Source: Candidatus Dormiibacterota bacterium
GTDB lineage: Bacteria > Chloroflexota > Dormibacteria > Aeolococcales > Aeolococcaceae
Direction of reading: 5' to 3'
Assembly: GCA_003153125.1 (NCBI GenBank)
Contig: PLWW01000083.1
Span: forward strand, 60,676-124,323
DNA length: 63,648 bases
Each line of letters starts with the position of its first letter. Within the stretch, counting starts at the first letter, position 1. The translations under genes and the position numbers were made by a program. The notes under the pieces are model-generated. The model did not search any database and was not told the DNA's origin. It saw only the letters and a program-made list of their open reading frames with translations. Shown here piece by piece: positions 1 to 9,403 of the stretch.

Positions 1-1010
1 GCCGCGAGCTCGCGCACCTCATACTGCGCCTGCGCCGCAGCCAGTCCATAGCCGGGGACAATGATCACCCGACTGGCGTAGGTGAGCTGAATGGCTGCAT
101 CCTCCACCGAGAGTCGCCGGACATCGGCGCCGGTTCCCGGCAGGGCAGCAACGGCCGCGTCCCCGGTTCCGAAGCCACCAGAGATGATGTTGGGGATCGA
201 GCGATTCATGGCGTCGGCCATCAGCTTGGTAAGGATGCCGCCGGATGCTCCGACCAGCGCGCCCGCGATGATCAGGGCGGAGCTGTCGATGACGAAGCCC
301 GCCATTGCCACGGCGATGCCGGTGAAGGCGTTGAGCAGAGAGATCACGACCGGCATGTCGGCGCCGCCGATGGGCAGGACCATGGTGACCCCGAAGACCA
401 GGGCAGCCCCGGTGACGACGATCAGCAGCGCCATGCTGTCGGCCCCTGTCAGCAGGTAGGCGCTACCACCGACGGCCACAACTGCGAGCACCGCCGTGAG
501 GACCCGCGCGCCGGGAAAGACGAGGGGTTGCCCGCTGATCCATCCCTGCAGCTTGCCGGCGGCGATCAGTGACCCGGAGAAGGTGACGCCACCGATGATG
601 ACGTCGAGAATGGTTGCCACCATCACGCGTGTCGGGATCGAGGAGTTCTCGAGCCCGCTGAGGCGTACGAAGCCGGCGAGGGCGACGAGGGCCGCCGCAC
701 CACCACCCACGGCGTTGAAGAGGGAGACCAGCTGTGGTATCGCGGTCATCTTCACCCGCTGCGCCGTGCGCAGGCCGGCGCCAGCTCCGACGACTGCGCC
801 AGCACCCAGGACCGCCCAGCCCGTGCCCGTGATGGCGCCATCGTTGATGACCTTGAGCAGGGTAGCGGCGACGGCGAGGATCATCCCAGCCGCTGAGAGT
901 TGGTTTCCGCGGCGAGCGGTAGCAGGTGAGTTCATGCGGTGAAGGCCCACAACGAAGGCGACGGCTGCGGCGAGGTACGCAAGGGCGACCGCCGTGGTGA
1001 TCGCGTCCAT
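1..1010 (-). CDS. pntB: NAD(P) transhydrogenase subunit beta (PntB), C-terminus cut by window edge
   Basis: Absent from the ORF track because it runs off the edge. My minus-strand translation from ATG 1010..1008 gives MDAITTAVALAYLAAAVAFVVGLH... and, in frame, ...VTMVLPIGGADMPVVISLLNAFT... (PntB hallmark). It starts 7 nt after the stop of the small pntA subunit. Confidence 0.88.
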   Translation of the reverse strand, partial: MDAITTAVALAYLAAAVAFVVGLHRMNSPATARRGNQLSAAGMILAVAATLLKVINDGAITGTGWAVLGAGAVVGAGAGLRTAQRVKMTAIPQLVSLFNAVGGGAAALVALAGFVRLSGLENSSIPTRVMVATILDVIIGGVTFSGSLIAAGKLQGWISGQPLVFPGARVLTAVLAVVAVGGSAYLLTGADSMALLIVVTGAALVFGVTMVLPIGGADMPVVISLLNAFTGIAVAMAGFVIDSSALIIAGALVGASGGILTKLMADAMNRSIPNIISGGFGTGDAAVAALPGTGADVRRLSVEDAAIQLTYASRVIIVPGYGLAAAQAQYEVRELA

Positions 1011-1016
1011 GAGGTC

Positions 1017-1337
1017 TCAGGTGGCCTTCCGCGCGTCGTCAGCCTTTGCCGCCACCGGCTTCTGGCGGAACATCTGAAGCATCCGGTCCGTGACCATGAA
1101 CCCGCCGACCACATTCATGGCCGCGAAGGCGGATGCCAGGAACGCGAGCACGTAGCCCGCCGCGTTGGCGGCCTCGGCGGCCGTCACCATGGCGCCGACG
1201 AATACGATGCCGTGGATCGCGTTTGACGCCGACATCAGGGGCGTGTGGAGGGTTGAGGGTACCTTGCTGATGACCTCGAAGCCGACCAGCAGTGCAAGGA
1301 CGAAGATGCTGATATCGCTGAGCAATCCCGCGCTCAC
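1017..1337 (-). CDS. pntAB: NAD(P) transhydrogenase alpha subunit, membrane part 2
   Basis: 106 aa hydrophobic protein (...GFEVISKVPSTLHTPLMSASNAIHGIVFVGAM...). GTG start at 1337 overlaps the pntAA stop (GTGA). Confidence 0.88.
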   Translation of the reverse strand: MSAGLLSDISIFVLALLVGFEVISKVPSTLHTPLMSASNAIHGIVFVGAMVTAAEAANAAGYVLAFLASAFAAMNVVGGFMVTDRMLQMFRQKPVAAKADDARKAT

Positions 1338-2536
1338 CGAGCACCCACCAGCACCGGGGCGGGGGTGACAGTCTCGCGCACGACAGGATGCACCACCTCA
1401 CCATCATGGGTGATGACGACGCCGGCCTGGATCTCGTCGGCGAGGTTGATCAGCAGGGCAGCGTCGTGGACGATGTGCAGCAGCAGGGCGGCGACGTTGT
1501 GCGAGAACGCCACGGACGCCGCCGTGGGCATCTGGGCCGGCAGGTTGTCGGCGCCGATGACGGTGACCCCGTTCTCGGTGACGATCGTCTCACCCGGGAC
1601 CGAGCCTTCGACGTTGCCGCCGAGCGTGCTCGCCCCAAGGTCCACGAGCACCGACCCGGCGCGCATCGTGGCCAGCGCCGCGGCGGTGACAAGCAGCGGC
1701 GGGCGCCGCCCGGGAACCTGCGCGGTGGTGATGACGACGTCGAAGCGGGCGACGTGGGCGTTGAGCTCCTCCTGCTGAACCGTCTGCTCCTCGGATGTGA
1801 GGGCACGTGCGTAGCCACCCTGACCGGCGGCCGCGCCGACGGCGTCGAGCTCCAGGTAGCGGGCGCTGACCGATTCGATCTCGGCGCGCGTCTCGGCCCG
1901 CACGTCGTAGCCGGTGACCACGGCGCCCAGCCGATGAGCGGTGCCCATCGCCTGCAGCCCCGCGACGCCCGCGCCGATCACAAGGACATCTGCGGGCTTG
2001 GACGTGCCGGCGGCGGTGATCAGCATCGGGAAGAACCGCCCGAACGCATTGGCTGCGACCAGAGCGGCCTTGTATCCCGCCACATTGGCCTGGGACGACA
2101 GGGCATCCATCGCCTGCGCGCGACTGATGGTGCGCGTCAGGCCGTCCAGGCTGATCATGGTCACGTTTTGGTCAGCGAGCTGTTGCGCGAGCTGGGGCGC
2201 GGCGAGCGGCCTGAACATACCGATGGTCGTCTGCCCGGCTCGCAAGCGGCGAGCGCGCTCCGCAGAGAACGTGCCGACGGTGAGGATCACGTCTGCCCGG
2301 GCCATGGCCTCGTCAAGTGGGACCACGCTTGCGCCGGCACCGACGTAATCGGAATCGCTGAACCCGGCCGCGATCCCCGCACCCGCCTGGACCAAGACAT
2401 CGAGCCCGGCTTGCTGGAGTCGGGCGACGGTGTCAGGGGTCAGGGCCACGCGACGCTCGCCCGGCGCCGTCTCCTTGATGGCCGCGACCGTCAGTCGCGT
2501 CGCGGGCGCTGCGCCACGCTGGGGGATTTCACTCAC
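1334..2536 (-). CDS. pntAA: NAD(P) transhydrogenase alpha subunit part 1 (alanine-dehydrogenase-like)
   Basis: Translation has AIKETAPGERRVALTPDTV, VLVIGAGVAGLQAMGTA (Rossmann fold) and GGNVEGS. The ORF track extends to 2629, but GTG at 2536 is preceded by GGAG with 6 nt spacing. Confidence 0.88.
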   Translation of the reverse strand: MSEIPQRGAAPATRLTVAAIKETAPGERRVALTPDTVARLQQAGLDVLVQAGAGIAAGFSDSDYVGAGASVVPLDEAMARADVILTVGTFSAERARRLRAGQTTIGMFRPLAAPQLAQQLADQNVTMISLDGLTRTISRAQAMDALSSQANVAGYKAALVAANAFGRFFPMLITAAGTSKPADVLVIGAGVAGLQAMGTAHRLGAVVTGYDVRAETRAEIESVSARYLELDAVGAAAGQGGYARALTSEEQTVQQEELNAHVARFDVVITTAQVPGRRPPLLVTAAALATMRAGSVLVDLGASTLGGNVEGSVPGETIVTENGVTVIGADNLPAQMPTAASVAFSHNVAALLLHIVHDAALLINLADEIQAGVVITHDGEVVHPVVRETVTPAPVLVGAR

Positions 2537-2743
2537 AACCTTCTCCTGTTCGGTGACCGCACTGCCCGCTACCTTCGCGCTTCCCCGCGGTTTCGGACAC
2601 GGCCAAAGGTCCACACTTAGCCGGGCCACCTGTCACTTCCGGCGTCGCCAAAGGCGCCGCGGGAGGCGAGCGCCGAGCTTGATGTGGCCGACGTGACCCA
2701 CAGCCCTGGCCGCCTTGCTGGGGGGCGCCCGCAGGATCGTGGC

Positions 2744-2927
2744 ATGGATGAGCCGGTCGCTTTTGAGGATGGCACTCCCGCTCAGGTCATGGCACGGCTG
2801 CAGTCGCCGCATCTCTGCAGGTGGCGGTGGAGCGGGTTGATCTCGCGGACAACCGCGTGGTGCTGGCTGATCAGCGAACCCTCGCCTACGACCGCCTCGT
2901 CGTCAACGTCGTCGACATGCCGATCAA
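2744..2927 (+). pseudogene. Mosaic remnant of the sORF/SQR-like operon found intact at 15777-17972
   Basis: 2741-2770 matches 15774-15803 at 27/30. 2815-2892 matches 16935-17012 at 77/78. 2893-2927 matches 17160-17194 at 35/35. About 1.1 kb and 147 bp of the intact locus are missing, and homology beyond 2927 is much weaker. Confidence 0.6.
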
Positions 2928-3126
2928 CGGGTCGCGGACGTCATCTGCCCGGTTGGTTCGTCGCTGCGGGGTGCAGTGGGCGGCGGCCGGCGTCTCGCTG
3001 TCATCACGCCACCTCCGGTGGCACCGCAACCACCGGCGTATCAATGGCGGACCGGCCGCCGGGAGCGACCGCGCTGATCGGCGCCGAACACCTGTTGAAG
3101 TCTGCACAGCGCGTAGCCCGTCTCAC

Positions 3127-3957
3127 CTACGACAGCAGCATGCCGCCGTCGACAACGATGAGCACGCCCGTCATGTAATCGGCGGCAGACGATGCCAGGA
3201 AGACAGCCACCTTGGCGATGTCGTCAGGAACCCCCATGCGCTTCATTGGAATGCGCTGTGTAAACGCTGCCATCATCGCGTCAGTCTGTTCCTTGGTCAG
3301 GCCAGTCACTGGTTGCGAAGTTCCCTCCGTGGCGATGCCGCCGGGAGCGATCGCATTGACGGTGACATGATGTGGCGCCATCTCCAGCGCGAAGTTCTTG
3401 GTGAAGCTGAGGACCCCGCCCTTACTGGCGTCGTACGCTGCCAACCCAGGAAGTGACGGGTGCACCGAATCGATGGAGGCGATGTTGACGATCTTGCCGC
3501 CACGACCCTGTCTCACCATCTGGAGACCGGCGGCCTTTGACATGAACACGAGCCCACGCAGGTTGATGCCCAGCACGCGGTCGAAGAACTCCGGACTCAT
3601 CTCCAACACCGGGCTGCTCGGGAAGATTCCGGCATTGTTGACGAGGAGGTCAAGGGAACCGAACTCCTCAATGCAGCGCTGGACCGCAGCTTCGCAGTCG
3701 GCTTCGCTGCTGACATCGACACGCATCGCCACAGGTCGTCCTTCGTCCTGGGCCAGGTGCTCGGCAACATGCTGCGCCGCGGCAAGGTCGATATCGGCAA
3801 TGAGCACATTCGCTCCGCCCTCAGCAAGCCGATCGGCGATGCCACGACCGATGCCCTTGGCAGCACCGGTGACGAGCGCGTTGCGGCCGGCGACTGAGAA
3901 CGGCCCCCAGAGGTCAGGACGGGTTTCGATCTCGGAAGTGGGAGGTCGTTGAGCCAT
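3127..3957 (-). CDS. SDR family oxidoreductase
   Basis: TGAAKGIGRGIA glycine motif, NNAG, and YDASKGG (YxxxK). The second ATG (3957) has GAGGGTG upstream; the ORF track start is 3996. Confidence 0.85.
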   Translation of the reverse strand: MAQRPPTSEIETRPDLWGPFSVAGRNALVTGAAKGIGRGIADRLAEGGANVLIADIDLAAAQHVAEHLAQDEGRPVAMRVDVSSEADCEAAVQRCIEEFGSLDLLVNNAGIFPSSPVLEMSPEFFDRVLGINLRGLVFMSKAAGLQMVRQGRGGKIVNIASIDSVHPSLPGLAAYDASKGGVLSFTKNFALEMAPHHVTVNAIAPGGIATEGTSQPVTGLTKEQTDAMMAAFTQRIPMKRMGVPDDIAKVAVFLASSAADYMTGVLIVVDGGMLLS

Positions 3958-4240
3958 GGGAGCACCCTCAAGATTACGTCTGACGTCGATGGCCAATCGT
4001 CACCCTCTCGCGGAGCGAGCGGTAGAGGCGTCGGACCCGACAGCGCTGGGCACAAGGCCCCAGCCCGCCCACGTCGGCTCCCGCCCCGCGTGGCTCGGTG
4101 TCGAGGTCAGCCCCATGACCAGGGACGGTCTGAACGGCGGCGGGTGGGGTGCTGATCGGCGCTTGACGTCCGCGCAAGGGAGCCGGCGCCCGGCGTTTCT
4201 TTGCCAGGCCGACGGTCGTCACCCGGAGTGGACTCAGGCG

Positions 4241-4480
4241 TCAGACAGGGACCGGAGCAGGCTCGACCCGGAGGTGGACAGCGACGCGCTGGACGCCGGG
4301 CGCAGCAGCCGCAGCTCGACGGGCGGCATCGACCTCGCCCCACGAGGAGACACGGCCGGTCAGCGTGGCCACACCATCGCTGACGGTGACGTGCACGGAG
4401 TGCGCGTCGATGTCTGCCAGGCGATGCAGAGCAGCCGTGATGTCGCGGTCGATGTTGCGCGGTTCAGCACGCTGTTTCAA
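4241..4480 (-). CDS. BON domain protein (single domain; start unresolved, possibly a truncated gene)
   Basis: NIDRDITAALHRL...VHVTVSDGVATLTGRVSSWGEVDAARRAAAAAPGVQRVAVHLRV is a full BON domain. The only in-frame start downstream of the FmdB stop is TTG 4480, with no SD. The upstream frame still reads ...DAQGVVGITNDIV, like the tail of an earlier BON domain. Confidence 0.5.
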   Translation of the reverse strand: MKQRAEPRNIDRDITAALHRLADIDAHSVHVTVSDGVATLTGRVSSWGEVDAARRAAAAAPGVQRVAVHLRVEPAPVPV

Positions 4481-4583
4481 GACAATGTCGTTGGTGATAC
4501 CGACGACGCCCTGGGCGTCGCCAGCGTATGAGCGGCCTGCCCACCCGCGGTAGGGCCATTGGTCCTGCGCGGCGCGTCCGGGA

Positions 4584-4766
4584 TTACTCGCCAGCGGCGC
4601 CGGACGCGACCTTGCAGTGGAAGATACTGATGAGTTGGCGGGTTTCGCGACCGTTGCAGTGCGGGCACGGTGGTGGCTGGTCATGGAGCTTCTCGTGCTC
4701 GGCGAAGGTCGTGACCAGTTCGAACCGCTCGCCGCACGTTGTGCACGCATATTCGTACACAGGCAT
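4584..4766 (-). CDS. FmdB-family zinc-ribbon protein
   Basis: MPVYEYACTTCGERFE...CPHCNG (CxxC...CxxC). Strong SD GAGGAGGG lies upstream of ATG 4766. Confidence 0.8.
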   Translation of the reverse strand: MPVYEYACTTCGERFELVTTFAEHEKLHDQPPPCPHCNGRETRQLISIFHCKVASGAAGE

Positions 4767-4781
4767 CGCACCCTCCTCAGG

Positions 4782-5615
4782 TTATCGCTTCCCACTCCCG
4801 ACGCCGCGCACGCCGTCTGGGACTGTGAGATTGTCCTCAAGTCGACACTTGTCGATGAGGATGTTGACGTTCTCGGTGACGCCGTGAGCGTCAGATAGGG
4901 CGAGCAGGTCGGCGACGTCCTGATCGCTCACCTGCGTGAAGTCTCGATAGAACTGGCCCACGGCGCTGAAGCCCCCGGGAGCTTCGAGACACACGACCTC
5001 GTCGACAAGCTGGGCCATCTCAGCGATCGTCTCCGCCGGCGCGAGCGGCACTGCCACGACGATTCGGCGCGCTTTCTCGCGGCGGAGGAAGTCAACCGCA
5101 GCTCGAGCCGTGAATCCGGTGGCGAGGCCGTCATCAACGAGGATGACGGTGCGACCCATCACCGGCTCTCGCGGCCGTGCCCGACGATACCGTTGTACGC
5201 GCTGAGCCATCTCAGTCTCCTCGCGGGCGATGACCTCATTCACGTCCGCGTCGGTGAGCCCCGCGGCTGCGATGACCGATGCGTTGAGGGTGCGAACACC
5301 GCCTTCGCCGACAGCCCCCATGCCCAATTCGGGCTGCCACGGAACGCCAAGCTTGCGGACCACGAGGATGTCGAGGGGAGCATCGAGTGCAGCGGCCACC
5401 TCGAAGGCGACCGGCACTCCGCCACGGGGAAGAGCGATCACGAGGGGATCGTCGAATTGGGACGTGGCCAGCAGCTGCGCAAGACGGCGGCCCGCCTCCC
5501 TGCGGTCGGCGAACACTGTGATGTCGCCGCGCGCGTCGCGAAGTCGGCCCCAGAGGTCCAGACCGTCGGCGACCCGCTCGGTCACCGAGGCTTGGCCGGA
5601 CTCATGTTCTGACAT
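4782..5615 (-). CDS. Phosphoribosyltransferase-family protein
   Basis: LVIALPRGGVPVA and VILVDDGLATGFTARAA (PRPP-binding loop). ATG 5615 (MSEHESG) has AAGGAG 8 nt upstream; the ORF track start is 5723. Confidence 0.85.
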   Translation of the reverse strand: MSEHESGQASVTERVADGLDLWGRLRDARGDITVFADRREAGRRLAQLLATSQFDDPLVIALPRGGVPVAFEVAAALDAPLDILVVRKLGVPWQPELGMGAVGEGGVRTLNASVIAAAGLTDADVNEVIAREETEMAQRVQRYRRARPREPVMGRTVILVDDGLATGFTARAAVDFLRREKARRIVVAVPLAPAETIAEMAQLVDEVVCLEAPGGFSAVGQFYRDFTQVSDQDVADLLALSDAHGVTENVNILIDKCRLEDNLTVPDGVRGVGSGKR

Positions 5616-5694
5616 CGCTGCGCTCCTTGCAGGTGTGGCAAGCAAAGTGCGGCAAACCGCCTGGCCGACCCAGAGCCGAATGGCATCAGCCTCC

Positions 5695-5708
5695 GGGGCC
5701 TTGGTCCC
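5695..5708. promoter_or_regulatory. Weak DevR/NarL-type box-like palindrome upstream of the PRTase gene
   Basis: GGGGCCTTGGTCCC (reverse complement GGGACCAAGGCCCC), about 80 nt upstream of the PRTase start. It resembles the sites at 13908 and 16641. Confidence 0.25.
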
Positions 5709-6001
5709 GGTGGCAGGACGCACCGGGCCGCTCTCCCAGGCGCGGCCACAGGCGGGCCGCCGGTCCCGGCAGAGCCTTTAGCGGCGCCCGCGCCGCGAAA
5801 CCGTCGAGCGCCGCGAGCATGCGGTCGAGAAACGCGGGGTCGAGCCAATCTCCTCGCGCCACCCCAGAGGCCGCCTCGAGGCGGCTCGGGCGAACGTCAT
5901 GCGTGTCATGGCCGTTCGCCTCTGGTGGCAGCGCTCTGGGGGCACGACGCTGGGACACTCGATCAACATGCGAACACGGGCCGGATGAAAGGAGGCCGAA
6001 A

Positions 6002-6352
6002 ATGGTCGCTTCCACGGGAAGGGAGGTTGTGCGCTCCAGTGAGGAGATCGAAAGAATCCCTCATGAGCCGCTGGAACCCGGGATGATGGGCGTCGTCAAC
6101 GCAATTGTGCGCGAACATTGGGGCACGTACGCCGGCGTGATGCTCGTCGCATCCGGCTGCCGACTCCCGGAGCACCGCCACCCGACGATGAGCCACCACG
6201 TCTTCGTCCTCGCCGGAAGGGTCGAGGCGTTCGGCAGGACGCTGGGTCCTGGGTCGTACTGGTTCGTGCCCTCGGGAGAGGCCCATCACGTTCGCGGCCT
6301 GCCGCCAGACGGATGCACCCTGGGCTACGTCGACGTGCCCGACCAGTCGTAG
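6002..6352 (+). CDS. Cupin-domain protein
   Basis: ...LPEHRHPTMSHHVFVLAGRVEAFGRTLGPGSYWFVPSGEAHHV (cupin His motifs). ATG 6002 is preceded by AAGGAGG. Confidence 0.7.
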   Translation: MVASTGREVVRSSEEIERIPHEPLEPGMMGVVNAIVREHWGTYAGVMLVASGCRLPEHRHPTMSHHVFVLAGRVEAFGRTLGPGSYWFVPSGEAHHVRGLPPDGCTLGYVDVPDQS

Positions 6353-6407
6353 AGGTTGCCTGGCCGTTGGTTAGGCTTCGGGCTCCGACTATCTGGGGGC
6401 GCCATCC

Positions 6408-6563
6408 ATGCGGTCTGAGCCCACGACGATCGTTCTGGCGACGGACGGAGCTCCGGCCAGAGCCGACGCTTGCGCTGCTGCTGCGGACCTTGCCCGAGCG
6501 CCGATCCTGTTCGTCTCTGCACCGCTGCTCCGGCCGGCTAGAACGCGAGGCTCAGGCACATGA
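6408..6563 (+). pseudogene. Universal stress protein N-terminal remnant (51-codon ORF)
   Basis: My translation is MRSEPTTIVLATDGAPARADACAAAADLARAPILFVSA... It parallels KRILVATDGSATAQAALAWAADLA of the USP at 9508. Its stop overlaps the ATPase ATG (ATGA at 6560-6563). Too short for the ORF track. Confidence 0.35.
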
Positions 6564-9358
6564 ACACCGAGGGCTTGGCCCGCCTGATCGAGCTGCCCCG
6601 AGAGGAGATCTTTGCCGCACTGGGCTCACGCCCGGAGGGCCTCACGTCAGACGAGGTCCGAGAGCGCGCGGCACGGTTCGGTCCCAACGCGATCGTTGAG
6701 ACGCGCGGCCCGGGCCTGGTGCGGCGGCTCGGCGGCCAGTTCGTCCACCTCTTCGCCCTGCTTCTCTGGGCTGGAAGCATCCTCGCCATCCTCGCCGGTG
6801 AGGTCACTCTCGCCGCGGCGATTGCCGCCGTGGTCGTCATCAACGGTCTCTTCGGCTTCTGGCAAGAAAACCGTGCCCAGCGCGCCGTAGCGGCCCTGCG
6901 GCGCCTGCTGCCCGAGAGCGCGCTGCTCGTTCGTGGCGGACGCGAGCAGTCAGTTCCCGCACCCGAATTGGTCCCGGGTGACGTCATCCTCGTTGGAGAG
7001 GGCGACCGGATCTCCGCCGACTCGTGCTTGGTCGACTCAGTCGACCTGCGCGTGGACCAATCGGCCCTGACCGGCGAGTCCCATCCGGTCCACAAGGCCC
7101 CCGGGCCGGAGTCCCGCTTGGACCGGGTGGCAGACGCTCACAGCCTGATTCTCGCTGGCAGCACGGTGACGTCGGGGAGCGGCCGCGGCGTGGTCGTACG
7201 CACCGGAATGGTCACCGAGTTCGGCCGCATCGCCCACCTGACCCAGGCCGTCAGCGATGAGATCAGCCCTCTCCAACGGGAGGTCGCCGATGTCGCCCGC
7301 CGGGTCGCATTGCTGTCGGTGGTGATGGGCGTGTTCTTCTTCGTGGTCGGATTCGTCTCCGCCGGGCTGTCACTGCGCGATGGGGCAATCTTCGCGGTAG
7401 GGATCGTTCTCGGTAACGTGCCGGAGGGATTGCTGCCGACCATGACGCTATCTCTGGCCATGTCGGTGCAGCGCATGGCCCGACGCAAGGCGATCGTGAA
7501 GCGCCTCTCGTCGGCGGAAACCCTCGGCTCGTGCGATGTCATCTGTACCGACAAGACGGGCACCATCACCAGCAACGAGATGACAGTGCGCGAACTGTGG
7601 ACCGCTGGGGGAGCGGCGGCCACGCTGTCCGGAGCCGGCTACGAGCCTGTCGGGCGAATCACGTTCACGCACCGAGAAGCGCCCGCCGACGACGCGGCAA
7701 CAGTGCTTCCTCTGCTCCGCATCGGGATGCTCTGCAACGCCGCGCGGCTGCGGGGCGCGAGCGAAGGGACCGGCTGGAGCGTGATTGGAGATCCCACCGA
7801 AGGAGCGCTCCTCGTCGCGGCGGCCAAGGTGGGGTTGGAGCGTGAACACGAGCTCGCGATCCGGCCCTTGATCCGCCAGCTGGCCTTCGATCCCCGGCGC
7901 AAGCGGATGTCCACGGTGCACCGCACACCCGACAACGCAAGTGGAGCGGTCGCCTACGTCAAGGGCGCGCCGCGGGAACTGCTCGCCCATTGCACACACG
8001 CGCTGATCGCGGACCGCGAGGTCCCGTTGAGTTCCGACCTGCGGGCTACGGCGATCGCGGAGAACGATCGGATGGCCAGCTCGGGCCTTCGCGTCCTCGC
8101 TATGGCGTACCGGGCGCTGTCCGCCTCCGTGGCGAGCCGGCTCGCCACACTGAGCCCTGGAGTCGTCGAGGACGAGATGGTCTTCGTCGGACTGGCGGCG
8201 ATGCACGACCCACCCCGCCCCGAGGTTCGCGATGCCGTCATGCGCTGCCATGGTGCCGGCATCCGCGTGATCATGATCACCGGTGACTACGGCCTGACCG
8301 CTGAGGCCGTCGCCGCCGAGGTCGGTATCATCCGTGACGGGGCATCCCGGATCATCGACGGGGCCGAGCTCGACACCATCAGCGACGAACAACTCGGGCG
8401 GCTGCTTGGCGATGGTGCGTCGATCTTCGCGCGGACCACCCCGGAGCACAAGCTTCGTATCGTCGCCGAACTGCAGTCGATGGGCAGCGTCGTGGCGGTG
8501 ACCGGTGATGGCGTCAACGACGCGCCCGCATTGAAGAAGGCCGACATCGGCGTCGCCATGGGGCGCGGCGGAACAGATGTTGCCCGTGAGGCGGCTGATA
8601 TGGTCATCCTCGACGATAACTTCGCCACCATCGTCGCTGCCGTCGAAGAGGGCCGCGCCATCTTCGACAACATGCGCAAGTTCATCGTCTACATCTTTGC
8701 CCACCTTTCGCCGGAGGCGATCCCTTTCATCTTCTTCGCTCTGTTCCACACACCGCTGCCACTCATGGTGCTTCAAATCCTCGCCATCGATCTCGGCACC
8801 GAGACGCTGCCGGCTCTCGCCCTGGGCGTCGAGCGTGCAGAGCCCGACGTGATGAAGAGGCTGCCGCGCCGTCGATCCGAGCACTTGCTGGACAGCGCGA
8901 CGCTGGTGCGCGGCTACGCCTTTCTCGGCGGAATGAGCACGGTGATCGTGCTCGCCGCTTTCTTTGCGTTCCTGTTCCAGCACGGCTGGCATTGGGGGCA
9001 GCGCAACACCGCCAGCGCGACGGTCGCGGCAGGGGCGACCACCGTTGTCTTTCTGGCAATCGTCATCCTCCAGGTCGGCAACGCGTTCGCTTGTCGCACC
9101 GAGCGCACCTCCGCATTCGCTCGCGGTTTGCTGTCCAATCGATTCCTGCTGTTGGGCGTGCTCTTCGAACTGCTCTTTGCTGCCGCCCTGATCTACACCC
9201 CGCCCTTTCAGAGGCTGTTCGGCACTGCGGCTCTCGACCCTCGGTGGTGGCTTGTGCTCGCTGCGTTCATCGGCCCCGTCTTCGCGGTCGAGGAGATCCG
9301 AAAGCTGTTGCTGCGACGGAGATCCCGTGACCAGGGCGAGGCTGGCAGCCTGCCGTAG
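6560..9358 (+). CDS. P-type cation-transporting ATPase (P2/Ca-Mg type, CtpF-like)
   Basis: 932 aa with DKTGTIT, TGDGVNDAPALKKADIGVAMG, an N-terminal cation-ATPase-N motif (LTSDEVRERAARFGPN) and multiple TM segments. Confidence 0.95.
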   Translation: MNTEGLARLIELPREEIFAALGSRPEGLTSDEVRERAARFGPNAIVETRGPGLVRRLGGQFVHLFALLLWAGSILAILAGEVTLAAAIAAVVVINGLFGFWQENRAQRAVAALRRLLPESALLVRGGREQSVPAPELVPGDVILVGEGDRISADSCLVDSVDLRVDQSALTGESHPVHKAPGPESRLDRVADAHSLILAGSTVTSGSGRGVVVRTGMVTEFGRIAHLTQAVSDEISPLQREVADVARRVALLSVVMGVFFFVVGFVSAGLSLRDGAIFAVGIVLGNVPEGLLPTMTLSLAMSVQRMARRKAIVKRLSSAETLGSCDVICTDKTGTITSNEMTVRELWTAGGAAATLSGAGYEPVGRITFTHREAPADDAATVLPLLRIGMLCNAARLRGASEGTGWSVIGDPTEGALLVAAAKVGLEREHELAIRPLIRQLAFDPRRKRMSTVHRTPDNASGAVAYVKGAPRELLAHCTHALIADREVPLSSDLRATAIAENDRMASSGLRVLAMAYRALSASVASRLATLSPGVVEDEMVFVGLAAMHDPPRPEVRDAVMRCHGAGIRVIMITGDYGLTAEAVAAEVGIIRDGASRIIDGAELDTISDEQLGRLLGDGASIFARTTPEHKLRIVAELQSMGSVVAVTGDGVNDAPALKKADIGVAMGRGGTDVAREAADMVILDDNFATIVAAVEEGRAIFDNMRKFIVYIFAHLSPEAIPFIFFALFHTPLPLMVLQILAIDLGTETLPALALGVERAEPDVMKRLPRRRSEHLLDSATLVRGYAFLGGMSTVIVLAAFFAFLFQHGWHWGQRNTASATVAAGATTVVFLAIVILQVGNAFACRTERTSAFARGLLSNRFLLLGVLFELLFAAALIYTPPFQRLFGTAALDPRWWLVLAAFIGPVFAVEEIRKLLLRRRSRDQGEAGSLP

Positions 9359-9370
9359 GCTGCAGCGACG

Positions 9371-9403
9371 ACGCAGGGTAGCCGACGTGCGACCACCCTG
9401 CGT
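9371..9403 (+). terminator. Hairpin after the ATPase gene
   Basis: ACGCAGGGT (9371-9379) pairs with ACCCTGCGT (9395-9403), a perfect 9-bp stem with a 15-nt loop, 13 nt after the stop. No U tract. Confidence 0.4.

Noticed and set aside
1388-2620. 410-aa plus-strand ORF
   Set aside because: It is antisense to pntAA, which has clear family motifs. Its translation is R/G/D/H-rich with no recognisable domain, typical of a shadow ORF in GC-rich DNA.
5686-6015. 109-aa minus-strand ORF in the PRTase/cupin divergent region (contains DWLDPAFLDRMLAALDGF)
   Set aside because: There is no recognisable family or RBS, and it overlaps the cupin start. It may be a decayed gene, but I cannot support that.
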